DNA from: Tricharina praecox
Lineage: Eukaryota
DNA length: 64,000 nt
Assembly (NCBI RefSeq): GCF_024521635.1
Contig: NW_026250415.1
Span: 496,001 to 560,000, forward strand
Reading direction: 5' to 3'
Below, piece by piece: positions 49,511 through 63,444 of this stretch (the stretch's first letter is position 1; every line of letters begins with the position of its first letter). Below the pieces are notes generated by a model. It ran no database searches. It was not told the origin of the DNA and saw only the letters and a list, made by a program, of their open reading frames with translations. The position numbers and the translations under genes are program-made.

Positions 49511-51836
49511 GGTGGGCCGAGGGAGAGACGAGAGATGGGGGAGTAGTGTCTATCGGCGTCGGGTGAAGTGCATGAAGGATCGAGATTATGGTTATAATTG
49601 CATTCGAGCGGAGGCAGGAGTGAAGAAGTTGGGGAATCCGTGAGGGCTTCAGGCGCAGATGACCAAGAGTACGGCAGTGACTGCATGCAAAAGCGTGCCG
49701 CGCCCCGCACATCGTATCCCTGTAGCGGTGCCACAGCCTGCATGGGCGGCCGCCTACAAGGTCTGAATGCGGCTGATGGTTAGGCAAATGCCCTGAATCG
49801 CGACAGCACCTGACCGGGGAACGGCGACAGATGGCCGAACTGCCTGCAGTCATCGCCGGAGAACTCGCTCAAACCCAAGATATCGCTTGGTTATCGATAA
49901 CAACGTACAGGATATAGCGATTCTCGCACCTTGATATCTCCTGCAGGATTCCTCCGTGAGATAGACCTTCAGACTTCAGTGAGTTACGCACCAGGTACCA
50001 CCGACTACCTTGAGCATCTATCCGCACTCCGCACAATTATGTAACCGACTAACCGAACACGTCGCAGTGTCAGGGCGCACTCTCGCTTTGTCAGCTCCAA
50101 GACGCTGAGTGACCGACTGTGAGCCACCACAATTACGTACCCGGTCTCAACGGACCTCTCGCTGTACGGTTCATCGTTGAGTGGCGAATCTAGGCCTTTC
50201 TCTCATGTCAAGAGTCTATAATCTAGCAGGATAGACTCAGTACCGTATATCCATAGGTATTCTAGCTTTCTCGCAGGTCGTATGATAGGTAGCACAGTAA
50301 GAACGAAAAGGCCTTTTCCGAACGATTTACAATTCATGAACGGGGTTCCTATTGACGCCAGAAGAGAGTTTCCATGTAACCGAATAGCTCCTACATCAAG
50401 TACACGCTCATATTGAACACCCGAGATCACAGCAATACCACACATTTCTCATTTTGACAAACGCAAATCAATACAGGATCCATGATACGCAACGTCAACG
50501 CTCCACACAGCTCACATGGTACATAAACAGCAACATATTTGCTCCCTCAATCCGAAATTTTTACGTACGTACTCGTCGGCCAAGCATTGGCAAAGCCTAA
50601 CCAGCGTTGCACGAACCACTTGCGGAAGGGATTGTCTATGTAGCTATCTACAGCTAAGCAGAACGTAGTTTCCCAGCTGGCAGTTGTCTTGGTGTCAAAG
50701 GTGGATAGCTCCCACGCCGATGAGTCCTTTAACTTCTCCATCACCGAGGCGATGGAGAAGCTGTCGTACGCTTACAGCTCAGCCACCGAATGAGTTGTGG
50801 AGAGAACGCAACACCTCGTGTGGAAACATCAGGCAGCATGGAGGAGTTCTGGAGCATCTTCTTCGTGTTGTTTGGGCGGTGCGGAAGTTTGGAGATCGTA
50901 CGGACAAAGGATACGGTAGAGAGAGAGATGCAGAACAAGGGATTGTATTGACTGTCTTGCTTGATTGAGAAATGAAAGAGCGGGCAACATGGGCGGTTTA
51001 TATAGAAGAAAACAGGAGATATGTACAGTGCCATACAGTTCCCGACATCTATCTTCCATCCTTGAACTGTGTCGTTCTACATTGCGTATGCCTTATCCTC
51101 CTACATTACGCGTCATGCCTTTGGGTTCGTCCGACTGTGTTGACGCATATTTCTTCACGTCGTCTCAGCGATAAATATCGGCGACTGTCAAACGGTTAGT
51201 CACCGACTGATATGTTGATCTCGGGCCACATCTCGACGCAGGGTTGCGAATTCCCACGTACCGATGCGTGTTGCTATTATCAATCGAGCTCTTCCCTCTT
51301 TCTTCCCATATTCGCAATGCTCCCAAGCTTCACACGGCCGTTATTGTCATCCGCAGCTTTCTTTCGGGGTTATGTGCCTGCCGTCATCCGCTCTTAGCCT
51401 TTGAAATTTATATTAAACTCGAAGCCGTATTTATCTGAAGTGCAGGCTAAGGCCACTTACTCATCATGGATGGCACGCCGCACCTCCATATCATGGATTG
51501 CCGCTCCACACGCAAAGCCAACATGGACACAGGTAGCTAGCGATCTCTAGCCTCCTCTTTCGCTCTCCCTGCTTCGCCATCGATTCTGCAACGTTCGTAT
51601 AGACTTTGGTAGCTCTATCGACACCGAACCGCTTGTGTTGGGAGAGGTATGATCGGTCATCTTATGATGTGGCCATAATTTCGATCCGAGTTGGTCTGAT
51701 CGAAAAGCGACGCAACAGGATGGAACGAAGCGGCCTTGACCTTAGCGTTCAAGTCTCCGCCGCGGTAAGCCGCCGGGAGGCCCGAAAGCGGCAGCTTTGG
51801 TTCCAGTCTCGAACACCTCCCCGTGCATCATTCGTC

Positions 51837-51837
51837 G

Positions 51838-51881
<44 letters not shown>
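51837..51881. repeat. (GTT)n microsatellite
   Basis: About 15 units. Confidence 0.95.
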
Positions 51882-51883
<2 letters not shown>

Positions 51884-53257
51884 GTTCTTCCTCGCTAGAC
51901 TCTTTTGCAGTCATGTCGCCGCCTGCCAAGAATTAGCTTCCTACATATACGCTGCGATAAAGATCACGTTGCTTGGGACTCCGTGTGCTTGCCTGATGCA
52001 ATGAACTGGGGGATGGGAGGGGGGGTGGGGGGTGGGGGGTGGCAATTACCACCAAGGGCACGCATGTAGAAGATAGGCCAGTTCCTGCGGATCGCGAAGG
52101 CATGGCAGCGAACGGATCTCATATTTTAGCGACACAGCGCTTTTTGGGATGATGGTAATGTTGATTGTGGTTGCCCGGAGGCATATATCTGGGTGATGAT
52201 GATGTGATGGGAAGGAGGAAAAGAAAGGAGCAGAGGTTCAGCTTCATTTAAGTTCACGAAGATGACGGAACCCTGCCGGAATCACGCTTTGTCACCGTCT
52301 CGGCACTGAGACTCGGCCATATATGATTGTTTTCGTGGTTTGAGGGATCAATATGCATGTCTAATGAAGCGTGAGCATTTGCTGGAGCTCGGGGATGCGT
52401 GGTATGAAAATTTATACATGGTCTTTCGTGTATGTCTGTGAAGAGTGCTATGGTCTATCAACTGGACCTGCTCCGCGGAAATTAGTCGCATATAACACTC
52501 GCATCACCCGCATGCCGAGCTTCGTCCGCGCCTCTACATCATAAACCCGACTCGAATAACCTTTCAACATCTGTGTATTAGTGAGAGAGGTTGGCTTCAC
52601 GTTTGATCACTCGCACGTACGACTATCTGACGCCGGTCAAATGGCTTCTGCTGGACTACTGGTAGATGTATCTGTGGTCTCCATAGTCTAGTAAGGCCGT
52701 ATGCGACAATAAACCGAGTTTAGTATTGCGAGCGTTGCCTATAAACAAGCTGGAGGCGGTTATGGCTGCGCCTCTGACAGCCTCCATCATCATCTCTATC
52801 ATGCAAAGCATTCCTACAGACACCACGAATCATGTATCTAAACCCCCTGCGTGTGTAGTACCGTACATCTTAACTACCTTCCTACTCAGCACTCGGCCAC
52901 ATTCCCATTATCCAATCGCCCAAATCGCCGCCTCGCAATGGCGCTTCAAACAGCCTTACCCACTCGGTCCGGGTTTCTTCCGAGAACGAAGCTCCCCGGC
53001 ACCAGTTAACGCCGGGGATGGACATGCGGCATTTGCGGCTGCAAAAATGATTCCAAGTACCACAAGATTTGCCGCAGCTGCGGCACCTAAGCGGTGACCC
53101 GGGTACACCCTCTAGCCCGATTGTTGAACTCTTGCTTTTGGTACTACATGTGCATGTGCTTCCATGGGCAGGACATCTTATTTTTGACATCACTCGGTAA
53201 TTTCCACGTCTTATTCACCCACAACGCTAGACCGAATTCTATTCTCAATCCTCTCCA

Positions 53258-56200
53258 CTACCTCCTTCTCCTAACCCCCACAGAATAATACCCACTCATC
53301 TCCAGCCCCAGAAGGAGCATGCCCAACAAATTCGCCTCCTCTTTATACCCGGTCCCAAACGTTCCATCTACAGCTCCCCTGCGTCCCTCAAGATCCTTCC
53401 TTCCATCGCCATACCCACGCTTCTCACTCAGACCGCGACATACACTGATGAATATTCCCACTCTTCGTTTAAAGCTGCGATACAGCCGCTCTGTTTCGTT
53501 GCCGTCGGTAGTTTCTTCTTCCTCGAATGCCAGGCCGCCAACGGGAGCCGTGGAGGTAGTCGGTGGTATTTCCTGTCCAGTGGCCTTAAGGTGAGAGATA
53601 TGGGCGAATTTCAAGATGATGGCAAAGATTTCGTCGACGATTTTCATGACTGGCTGCTGACGCTTGCGGCTGAGGGTGGCGAACATGATTCTGTCTAGGG
53701 TGCTCTCATGGTATGCGCGGAGACGATCGAGGGATTCGTCTTCACCGGCGCCTCCACGGCCAGAGTCAAGATCCTTTTCGAGCTCTCGGAGCTTGCTTTC
53801 AAAGCGTCGCCACGTCGTACCAATGCCGGATTCGAGCATGTAGCTGGCGAGCGTAGTGACGAAGTGGCGGGCTTCGATGCCAAATTTGCGGGAGATGGGG
53901 TCAACGGAATTCCATTTTGTGGAGCGAGAGTTGGCGTCACGCCAAAGTGTGTTGACTACGAAGACCATGCGGAGAACCCGTAGGAGAAGCTTGAATATCC
54001 GGTCGTATCTGTACATGGCTGTAGGCGTGATGACTGCCTCGAGTGGAGAGGGGGGTTTGTATTCTAGTCGGAGAAAGTCCAGTGCTGAAATACCGTTTGG
54101 GTCCATGCATGCTTCCAGCTCCTCGTCGCTCATCTCCCTAACCGCGAAAGATAGTCCACCAGGCAGCTCACCTGTCTTGCCGGCGGAGTGGACTCCGGAT
54201 TCGCCAGAGAAGCTTTCCGTGAGGACATCCATTAATGCCAATCTGAGTTCGGATGATGCGGGTGGCCAGGTATCACGACTGCCAAGTTTGAGTCCCATTG
54301 TTCCACCGGTTCTTTGCACGCCTGCTTGACGTTCAGTGGTGTCGAGGTCGGCGTCGAAGAGGGCATGTGCAAGGCGGGATGAGAATACGCCATCTCCGAA
54401 GAGTTGGAAGCGGCGGAGAAGCAGGAGATGCTGCCGGACCTTGTGCTCTTTAAAGAACATACGCAGACATGCTTTATTGATGAGACGGGCCTGGGCTGAG
54501 AATATATTGGAGAATGACAGGATGGGCGTGATGGAAAGTGGAGGTGCAAAGGTAGTTAATTGCAACGATTCGGGATCTCCACGCGTAAGATGGAGTACCA
54601 TTGTTGCCAAGGAGTCTTGCGAGGTTGCTTCGATGGATGGAAGATTGCGGTTCATGGCTTCCATGGATTCCACAAGCGTTTCGCTCATCTGTTCCTTGGA
54701 CCTACCAAAGATTTCAAAGGAATATCCGCTCGGGGTGGCAGTGTCCACAAGGTCAACATCCATCAGGTCCACTGGATCATCTTTCGAGAATATCGATTTT
54801 TGTGCCAATGTGTATTTCTGGATCGCAGCACGAAGATCCCGCTCATACGCCTGTGCTTGTGTCTGGAGGCTGATATCTTGTCAGCGTTGCGCAATCCGAG
54901 GTAACGTATTCACTCAACCTACTCTTCCAGATCCTGCCAGGAGAATTTCCAATGCAGCCTCGGCGCGGCAGCGCTTTGTGTGGTTGCCGGTGTAGAAAGT
55001 GGATGTCTGGGATGAAACTTCTCAAGATATCTCAAACTCCTACCAATCTCAAAGACCATTTCTGCATTCTCTGTACTGATGAACGACGGCACCCGGGATT
55101 TCTCAAAGATGTAGTTTTTTACGGTCCTCTCCTTCCCAGTCTCATCCAGTTCCGAGGTCTCCTCGACGCCGACGAACCCACCCTTGCGGACTAGTCCTGC
55201 AACGCCAAGACCACCCGGCCCTTCGTCTAGGCCGATCCATTGTTCAACGAACTCCAGCCACGGTCTTGTTGTCCTTGCTAGAGTCTCTACCAGCAAAGGC
55301 TTCAGCCAGCCGCTTCTATGTTGCTGCTGCTGAACGGCATCAAAGAGCCGCGACAGCAACTGGGAGTCATCGCTGAAACCTTCCGTTGCTTGGGTAAGCC
55401 TTACGAACGTGTCAACGATAAGCGCAGGCTCGCGTATGAGTGAATGCAGGTGTAGTACACTCCGTATCGAACTGCGGGATGTAGATAGGCGTTTCTGAAT
55501 TGATTCTATGATGGTGGTCGTGCATTGTGCTAATGCGATCAACGCTGGACTAAAAGAACTGTCTGCAGTATCAGTTCATGTGCAATGATGATATCCGGAA
55601 AAACACACCTTGAATCTTGATACGCAACGTGGGCAAACCGTTCCAGTTTCTTGACATTAGTTCCACACTCGGCAAACGTCTCGATGATACTCTCTATCGT
55701 GCCCGCCGTACATCCCGAGATCCGTAGCTTCTCCCTCACAGGGTTAAACGTCTGGCTTCTCCTGTCATACGAAAACAGCACGGAGCTGCGTCCCAATCCC
55801 AGATGTAGCAAACAGTCACAAAACACCGCCGTAGCGACCACAGTCCCTTCCTCGCCCGCCTCCACCAACGCTGCATCCAGCAACTCAGGCCCCTCCTCCG
55901 TAATAAACCCATTCACCGGCGTATTCCCCCCCTCGACCAAGAACGAATCCCACGTATAAAACCTCGGTTTCTCCGGCGCTACCGCCGTGTCCGGATCCAG
56001 CCAGATGTCCATTCCTCCCCCGGCCCCGTCAGAGCCCATATCCGAGAACACATTATCGTCGTCGACAGTAGTAAGATCGCTCAAGAACGAGTCGTCGTCT
56101 GCGGGGGGTATAGGCCATATACTGGATCCGAAGTTCGGTAGCATTGGCGGGAGCTTGAACTCCGATGGCATGTGGAAGACCGTCTCATGGCTTTTGCGTG

Positions 56201-56381
56201 GTGGTGGGGGAGTCGCAGCTGGTGAAGGAGAGAAGTTGAACGAGAACAGCATGCTGCCTGTACCGGGAGCTTCGCTGCTCAGCGAGGAAGCGCGCCATAG
56301 ATCGGGAAGTACGAAGGGATGGCCTTCGGATTTGCTGCGTTCAGCCTCATCTGTTGGGAAGAGGTGCGAATAGTGCGACAT
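53258..56381 (-). CDS. GCP6: Gamma-tubulin ring complex component, Spc97/Spc98 family (GCP6/Alp16-like)
   Basis: LGLGRSSVLF, HLLLLRRFQLFGDGVFSSRL, RDTWPPASSELRLAL, ALDFLRLEYKPP, C-terminal LEMSGYY; introns 55550-55608 and 54870-54922. Confidence 0.88.
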
Positions 56382-56809
56382 TATGGTGAGCGTGAGGAGA
56401 CGTGAGGAGACGCGACGTTGATTAGTGCTTAAATGGTGGAGCCTCACATGTCAAGTTACACAAACTCATATTGGACCACCCAATAGATAATAAAGATGTT
56501 TCCAGATTCAAAGCGGGACAATCCAAGATTCCAAGGTACTGGCAAATGCTAGAAGTTGAGTGCTATAATGAAGATATATTGTGATTATGAAGAAGGTGAT
56601 GTGCTCTGTTACTATTGCCTCGGGTTTAATTGTCTCTGTAGGCGTGCCGCTTCGGTCCACCTCCGGAAAATCTACCAGCTGCTCGTCCACCACCCTATAT
56701 CTTTACACACAACAAGCGGTATAGCGCTCACACAGTCAAACTCTACACATACATGAAAAATATCGCATTCCAAGGCCAAAATCCCAACGCCCCGGGCTTA
56801 ATAGACCGC

Positions 56810-59800
56810 CTATTCACTGGTAGCAGGCCCGGCAGTCTTAACAGCGTCCGCATAGCTCTCTCCCTCCTTCAGCTCCGTGGAATCAGGGACTTCAGCAAAA
56901 CTCTCGCCCATTATGCTACCAATAGACCCTTGCACCTTTGTCACCTCGTGACTCCCCTCAGAGCCATCGCTGCTAGCGCTCGGCTCCATCTTTACCGCAT
57001 CAACGTAGCTCTCGCCCATGATGCTGCCAGCGGTTGACTCGTCCATCTTTACCGGCGTCTCCTCGACGTAGCTCTCATCCATGATGCTGCCAGCAGCGGA
57101 CTCTTCCATTTTTGCCGGCGTCTCATCAGCGCTACTGCTTCCGGTAGTACTGTCACTCGTCTCCATCTTGACAGCATCAGCAAAACTCTCCCCCTCCCTG
57201 ACCTCTGTCACTGGCATCTCCGGCGGGATCTCCGCATAACTCTCACTGGTAGCTGTATGACTCTCCACCTCATGCTCCCGAAAACTCGCAAAGCTCTCCG
57301 CGATCTCACTTCGTTCCAGATCCACACTAAGATCCTCAACGACAAGCTCCTCACTGACATCACTATCCTCCTCCGACTCATGCTGCTGCTGCTGCGCAGG
57401 CAACTCTCCGCCCTGCACCCACACCCTCCCCAGCTCCTCTTTAACATGTTCCAGGCGCTCCCGCATCTCCTCTGTGCCGCGGATACGCTCCCGGAGGATT
57501 TCGAGCTCGCGCTCGACCTCCCCCCGTTCCTCGGCGCCACCGATACGCTCCATTGCCCAACCGCCGTCGCCGTCGAGGCTGAGCTGGAAGACGTGATATT
57601 TCTTTAGGCTTGCGCGAGTGGAGAGCGTGACGAGGGTGATTCCCTTCGCTTTGCAGACTTCATAGAGGAGGCCCTCTACATCGGAGGAGACGGCGCTGGT
57701 GGGTTCGTCAAGAACCGCGAATGCGGGGAGATGGTAGACGATCCTAGCGAGGGAGATACGCTGCTTCTCGCCACCGGAAAGGACGTCTTTCCATTCCTTC
57801 TTGGTATCCCACCCGCCTTCACGGCTGGGGAGGTAGGACAGGCGTACCGCTTCCAGAACCGCGACGAGATCGTGGTCTGACACGCCGGCGGCACGCATGT
57901 CCGCCTCTGTGTGGGGGTAGATCACTTGGTCGCGGAGGGTGCCCTGCGCGAGGTAAGGTTTCTGTGGGAGAAACATCACACCACCCATGTCTGGTGTCAC
58001 TGGCTCGCCTTTCAAACCAGCGTTGGAGATATTGCGGGGGCGGGAGACAAGGCCGCGGTAGACCGGCCAGAGACCGGCGATAAGGCGCGCGATGGAGGAT
58101 TTTCCGGCTCCATTGGGGCCGGAGATGAGGAGATGGTCACCAGGACGGATGAGGATATCCACTTCTTCGACAATCTCGTCACCACCGCGGGGCCAGACCA
58201 CTGGAGCCACGATAGGGACTCCCTCAAGACGGATACCTGTGAAGCCCGTGTGGAGAGTGCCTTGGATATCTGTTAGGGAATAGAGTTCTGGGCGGGTGGA
58301 GGAGTAGGAGTGGGAGTGGACGCGGTGCAGGGTCGAAATGAGGGAGTACACTCGGCTAGTGTAGCCGGCCAGTTCTGACAGATCTTTGATCGAGTACATC
58401 ATCCGTCCTCCCGCGTCTGCGAGAGAAAGCATGAGTCTCTTATTGGTGATGAATGCCTTCATCCGATCTTCCTCGCGGCCACCGCTGCCAGAAGAAGGAG
58501 CACCGAGCTCGAGAAGACCTCCGAGACCACCCCACGCAGGGAGAAATATCGGGAGTGAGGTGATCAGATATCCAAACGCCGACCAGGAGTACTTGAGAAC
58601 AAAGTCCTCGAGCATATTATAGCGGATTTTCATCTAGGGAATATAAGCATTCGGAAGAAACAAAACAGCACTTATGGCATAAACATACCCCGTAAATCCG
58701 CTCCATGAGCTGTTTGAGCTCCTTAAACCCCTTATCAAGGAATCCCCGCTCCATATCCGAGCCTCCATAAAATGCAATTTCCTCAGCATTGGCGATGATA
58801 CGCGAATGCAGCCCTCGTAGCTCGCCCTCACGTCGTCCCTGAGTAGCGGCGAGCTTTCCAAATGGCGGACTGAGTTTCCGGAGCATCCACGCACTACCAA
58901 TGTAGTTTACCATGATGCCGGCAAAGGCCAACGGGCCAAGCGCACGGTAGAGCTGGTAGTTGAACACGCAAAGATCTAAGAACGGCTTTCCGAGCGAAGA
59001 GTATAACGCCGCAGCATTGTCGCAGAACAAAGGGAGGTCGGAGGTTATGAATTGATCTGCGCCACCGCCAACAAGGCCACCATCGAGGTTTTGAACCTTG
59101 TAGTACCCCAGGCTATCATTCAGGTAGAGATCGTGGATATACCTAGTTAATCGTGTGCGGAAGGCAATCGAGATCTTCGCTTGAAGGTATTTGATCTGGT
59201 TGAAATCAGCACACGAGCCAGCACCATTTCATAACTGAGCACACCCACCATGGCGTTACAGTATACTGCCGGTCCACCAACACCCAGCCACTTAACGATA
59301 CCCCATGAGAAGGATTTTCCGTTTCCTGCGACAAGATCGCGAACGATTTCACCATCCAGCCGCGCAACCACCAATGACAGATACGTTCTTGTGACCAGAA
59401 ATATGGTGTGTAGTAGTAGCAAAAAACTCTCCTTACTCGTCAGCCTCGGGATCATGATACTGAGTAGACTCAGCAGTTGATGTAAAAATGCCAGATTAAG
59501 CCCAGGCTTAGTGTTCATCGGTGGTGCTTCTCCTCCGGCGCCAGCACGCTTGAAATTCTGGCCGCCCGGCGGCTCGAGGAATAATCGTCTGTGCGCATCG
59601 AACGTGGTTCCTTTGGTAGGCTTGAGGGTGACCTTGGCTGTTTTTTGCTTGTATGGGACATAGATCACTCGTGTTCCTACAATAGACAGTTACCACCCTA
59701 CATCCCCCAGCTGTGCAGAGGGAAAAACGAACCGTCCGTGAGCTTTACGGCCGAGTTCCTGCGCACAAGGGTTTGTCCTTGCCTCTCATCGGCCGATTTC

Positions 59801-59955
59801 TGCGCTCGTCGCCGTTTCTCGTAGAATCCTCCTAAGACGGTACAGAATACGGCTGCGGTAAGCACTCGCGAATACTTGGGCGCGATTCGCAAGAGCTTCA
59901 AGTACTGCTGTAGTAGAGACGAGAGCTCCGGACGGAGAGTAGATTGGTTCGCCAT
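56810..59955 (-). CDS. PXA1: Peroxisomal ABCD half-transporter
   Basis: EEIAFYGG (EAA motif), Walker A GPNGAGKSS, signature LSGGEKQR, Walker B VLDEPTSAVS, KPGLNLAFLHQ; introns 59677-59732, 59196-59248, 58634-58688. Confidence 0.92.
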
Positions 59956-60683
59956 AGGGTTTGAGTGTTATGACGGCGAAGGAGCATGTGAGGAGACAGA
60001 AATGTCTGTTGAAGGCGCACAGAAGTTGAATGGGAGCTTTGAGGATAGGTGGTTCAGTTGTGTGTAAGCGCCTAATCGAGATCTTGGGTTGGCTGGGTGA
60101 TGCCAGTTCTCGTCAAGGGGTTGGTCCACGCACTCAGCAGTGTCGATTCGCTGTAAGTAGTGAAGTTGAAGTCTGGGGAAGAGAATCCGGGGAAGAAGAT
60201 CGAGTCCTTGCGACAATAGGCACCGGTACACTGCCTATCACGAGTCCAGCTTGTGATGGGTTCGGCTTCCTCGGCATGTGAAACCGCAGCCATGACATCA
60301 GCTTGGCGAGCTGACTTGACGGATGCCCATCACCTGACGTAGGCCTGAGTTAGTCATGATGGGTGCTCGGTTAGCCTCACCCGATCACCTTCTGAACTTC
60401 TTTAGCCTTGGATACTTCTTTGAGGTCAGACTCCCTGTGAAGAGAAAGACAAGGCTGCGGTGCGAGCAGCAAGCGGGCTGGAGTCTAGACGATAGCCGCT
60501 TTCGTCGCCGCTGTCTCCTCGTTGCGGGAGGCGGGTTCACGACTAGCGTTCTTGGCAACGTAAATTCCCGAACATCCTCCGAAGAACCGGCCCATCGCGA
60601 AAATCATACCCTCAACCCCCCACCCACTAACTACGAACCACCAAACCTACTACCAACGACAATACCCACCTCCGTCAACCACC

Positions 60684-61379
60684 ATGCGCTCCTCGGTTCT
60701 CCGCGTCACTCGCCAGCAATTGCTGACCAGCTTCCGGCGCTACGCCTCGACCTCGACCTCGTCGAACGCTGCCGCGCAGGCACAGGCCGGTGCCGCAAAG
60801 GCCCAGGAAGCCGCTACCAAGTACGCCGGTAAGGCTATGCAGGTGTTGGGCAAGTCCGGCGAGTCGTTCGCGAAGCTCGCCTCGAAGACCGGTGGCCGAA
60901 CCGGAGCGGTGTTGAAGAAGATTGAGAGTGCGTAGCTTCCTCTTCCCTATCCAACCCGGCTGAGCGGGATTGCCGGGGCAAAGGAAAGTACTGACTGAAT
61001 GTACGAGCTGTAGCCGCCATCCCACCCACAATCTACTACTCCAAGGTCGCTTTCGAAGTCTCCAAGCTCGTCTTCCGTGGACAGAAGATGACACCTCCGT
61101 ATGATTATTTTTTCTCCACACGTGATCCCGGAACGTTACTGACCGTGCAATCGCAGTGACCTGGCTTCATTCCAGTCCAGCTTCAAGTCGTTCCTCAACC
61201 CTGCCAACCTCAACACCTTTGCGCGCAACGCGATTCAGTCGGTGCGCTCTGCAAACACGAAGGATCTTGCCTTCGTCGGTGTGTTGGGTGCCGAGATCTT
61301 GGGCTTCTTCACCGTCGGCGAGATCATTGGAAGACGGAAGTTGATCGGATACCGGGCTAAGGTTGAGGCTCACCATTAA
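60684..61379 (+). CDS. ATP20: Mitochondrial ATP synthase subunit g
   Basis: Arg/Ser-rich presequence; IYYSKVAFEVSKLVF..QKMTPP; AEILGFFTVGEIIGRRKLIGY; introns 60928-61013 and 61099-61156. Confidence 0.95.
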
Positions 61380-61762
61380 GCCGGCGTACATACGAGATAA
61401 CAAGTGCGAAAAGTTTACGGGTTGGGTTGGGCGGAGGTGTATAAAAGTTCCTGCGCATGACTGCGTCATCTCCATCTTTCTATTGCGGCGTGGGGGTGGG
61501 TAGCGCGGCGGTATTTAGGGCTTGTACAGCTGCAAGCAATAGATCTTGCTTTCGGTTTGTTTTCGGTTTCTTAAGCATGGGTGAGTGGAATAGAGCATCA
61601 TTTGGCATTTTGTGTCTCGATTACCAGCAGCTCCATATCGTGCAAACAATTGAGGGATTTATGTCAAAACACAACACTCAGACGACTATCCGCAAAAATT
61701 TATGTACAAAGATAAGAACTTCGGATATCCCAAATTGTAGAAATAATAAACGTCTCAATAGT

Positions 61763-62704
61763 TTATCCAATCCGTTGCCGTTTGATCCCACCAGGCGCGA
61801 ACCCTGGCTCGGTATTTTTCCGGACCCGCTTGTCCATCTCTGCCTTCATAATCCTTTCGGCCTCGCTTATTGGCCGTTTCAGCGTTTCGGACTTCTCCTT
61901 GCCTTTGCTGCTCTTGTCCTTCTTGCCCATCGATGCAAAGACGTTCTTCTTAGGCTTCGCTTCCATCTTCATCGACACCTTTGTCGGTGGAGGCGTGACT
62001 TTCTTGGCCTCTGTTACCTCCTCTTTCATCTCAGCCCCAGCCTGAGCTCCTTGCTCGGCCTTCGGACTCTCGGCCTTCTTGCCAAACTCTAGTTTGACCT
62101 TCTCTCCCTCCTCACGCACCAACTCCCTTGGCCCCTCCTCCTCCTCCCGTTTCTTCTGCGCCTTCGCCCTTTCCACCATCTCCTCGATTGCCCTCCTCTC
62201 CCGCACCTCATCGCCCCTCTCCATCCTCTCCTTCTTCTTAATAAACTCCTGCCGTTTCAATGCATCCGGCGAATTGTCGATCCAAGCAACCATGAGGCCT
62301 CTCTCCCCGTCCTCAACTCTGCAAACCCCCTCCCTTCCCAAGAATTTCACGAACTCACCAAGCGTAACCCACTTGGTACTGGTCATGTGAACATGTTCCT
62401 TATTGGCAATGTACTCCTGATAGAACCTATTTGCATCGATTTTCTTCTCGCCATGGGAGGAGCGCAAAAGCGTCAGGAAGTCGCGCTTGAACTGCTGGCT
62501 GTACTGTTCGATGAACTTTTTCGGATCCTCGCCGACCAGCAACATCTGCCGGATATGCGCTTCGCTCGAGGTGTGGCACTTGAACCCGTTCTCGTCACGC
62601 ATTTGCCGCTCGCAGACCTGGCAGTACCATCGGAGGCGTTGCAGGCCTTTCGATTTCATCTGGTTCGCGAGGTGCTTGGTGGATCCAATTTCGGCGCGCG
62701 GCAT
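61763..62704 (-). CDS. RTS2: KIN17/Rts2 zinc-finger nucleic-acid-binding protein
   Basis: KSKGLQRLRWYCQVCERQMRDENGFKCHTSSEAH; YQEYIANKEHVHMTSTKW. Confidence 0.95.
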   Translation of the reverse strand: MPRAEIGSTKHLANQMKSKGLQRLRWYCQVCERQMRDENGFKCHTSSEAHIRQMLLVGEDPKKFIEQYSQQFKRDFLTLLRSSHGEKKIDANRFYQEYIANKEHVHMTSTKWVTLGEFVKFLGREGVCRVEDGERGLMVAWIDNSPDALKRQEFIKKKERMERGDEVRERRAIEEMVERAKAQKKREEEEGPRELVREEGEKVKLEFGKKAESPKAEQGAQAGAEMKEEVTEAKKVTPPPTKVSMKMEAKPKKNVFASMGKKDKSSKGKEKSETLKRPISEAERIMKAEMDKRVRKNTEPGFAPGGIKRQRIG

Positions 62705-63444
62705 GACGATAGTGATCTTCGGGAGGATGCGGACGTCGCGGGGCGGGGCGTGTGTTGTATGGAGGGTTGGAGGTGGTGGAGATTAGGGTGTGCTGGTGTA
62801 GATGCGTAAAGTTGAGGTGAGGTGAAGTGAAGCTGCCATGCAGAGCTGTCGCGCGCTCGAGTGCCGAGACACTAACAGGCTTTAGCTTTATTTGTCATTT
62901 GCCCTTGGCGCGAATGGTTGTAAATGAGGTTTCTCTGTTTTACAAAGTACCACTACTCTCAATAACTTCAAAGGCGGCCGGACACTTAGAAGAAATACCA
63001 GTCATAGAGCAGGTGTGATGTACTCGAACATTGTGACCATAAATAACCACTCCGTACTGCTGTTGGGACTGGAAGAAGCCCTTTTCCAAGCATATCAAGA
63101 TCTTTGATCAGATAACGAAGGGGGCAGAATTCCTTTTACTATTCCAGCACCAGTACTGAGTTACACCGTGACTCCGTGAGGGCGAGTTCGTTGCCCGTCA
63201 CACAATAAACAAAATATCTGCGGGACCCACTCACAAACCTTTCGTCATCTTCTCCGATCCTTCAAACCTCTCATGTATCTTCTCCATCAAGCTCCATACA
63301 TTTCTCAACATCCCCTGGAGATCACTGCCAAGCCACACTAAAACTTTCCCAATCCATCCCCATCCACTGTCCCGCCTCGCGAGAACACGCCGGACCAGGA
63401 CCCCACCATACCGCCTCACCTCCGCCGTCGTCGCCGCCTTCACA

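Noticed and set aside
52192-52309. C/D-box snoRNA candidate (GTGATGA..CTGA)
   Set aside because: Box C lies inside a (GAT)n run; no terminal stem and no recognisable rRNA guide
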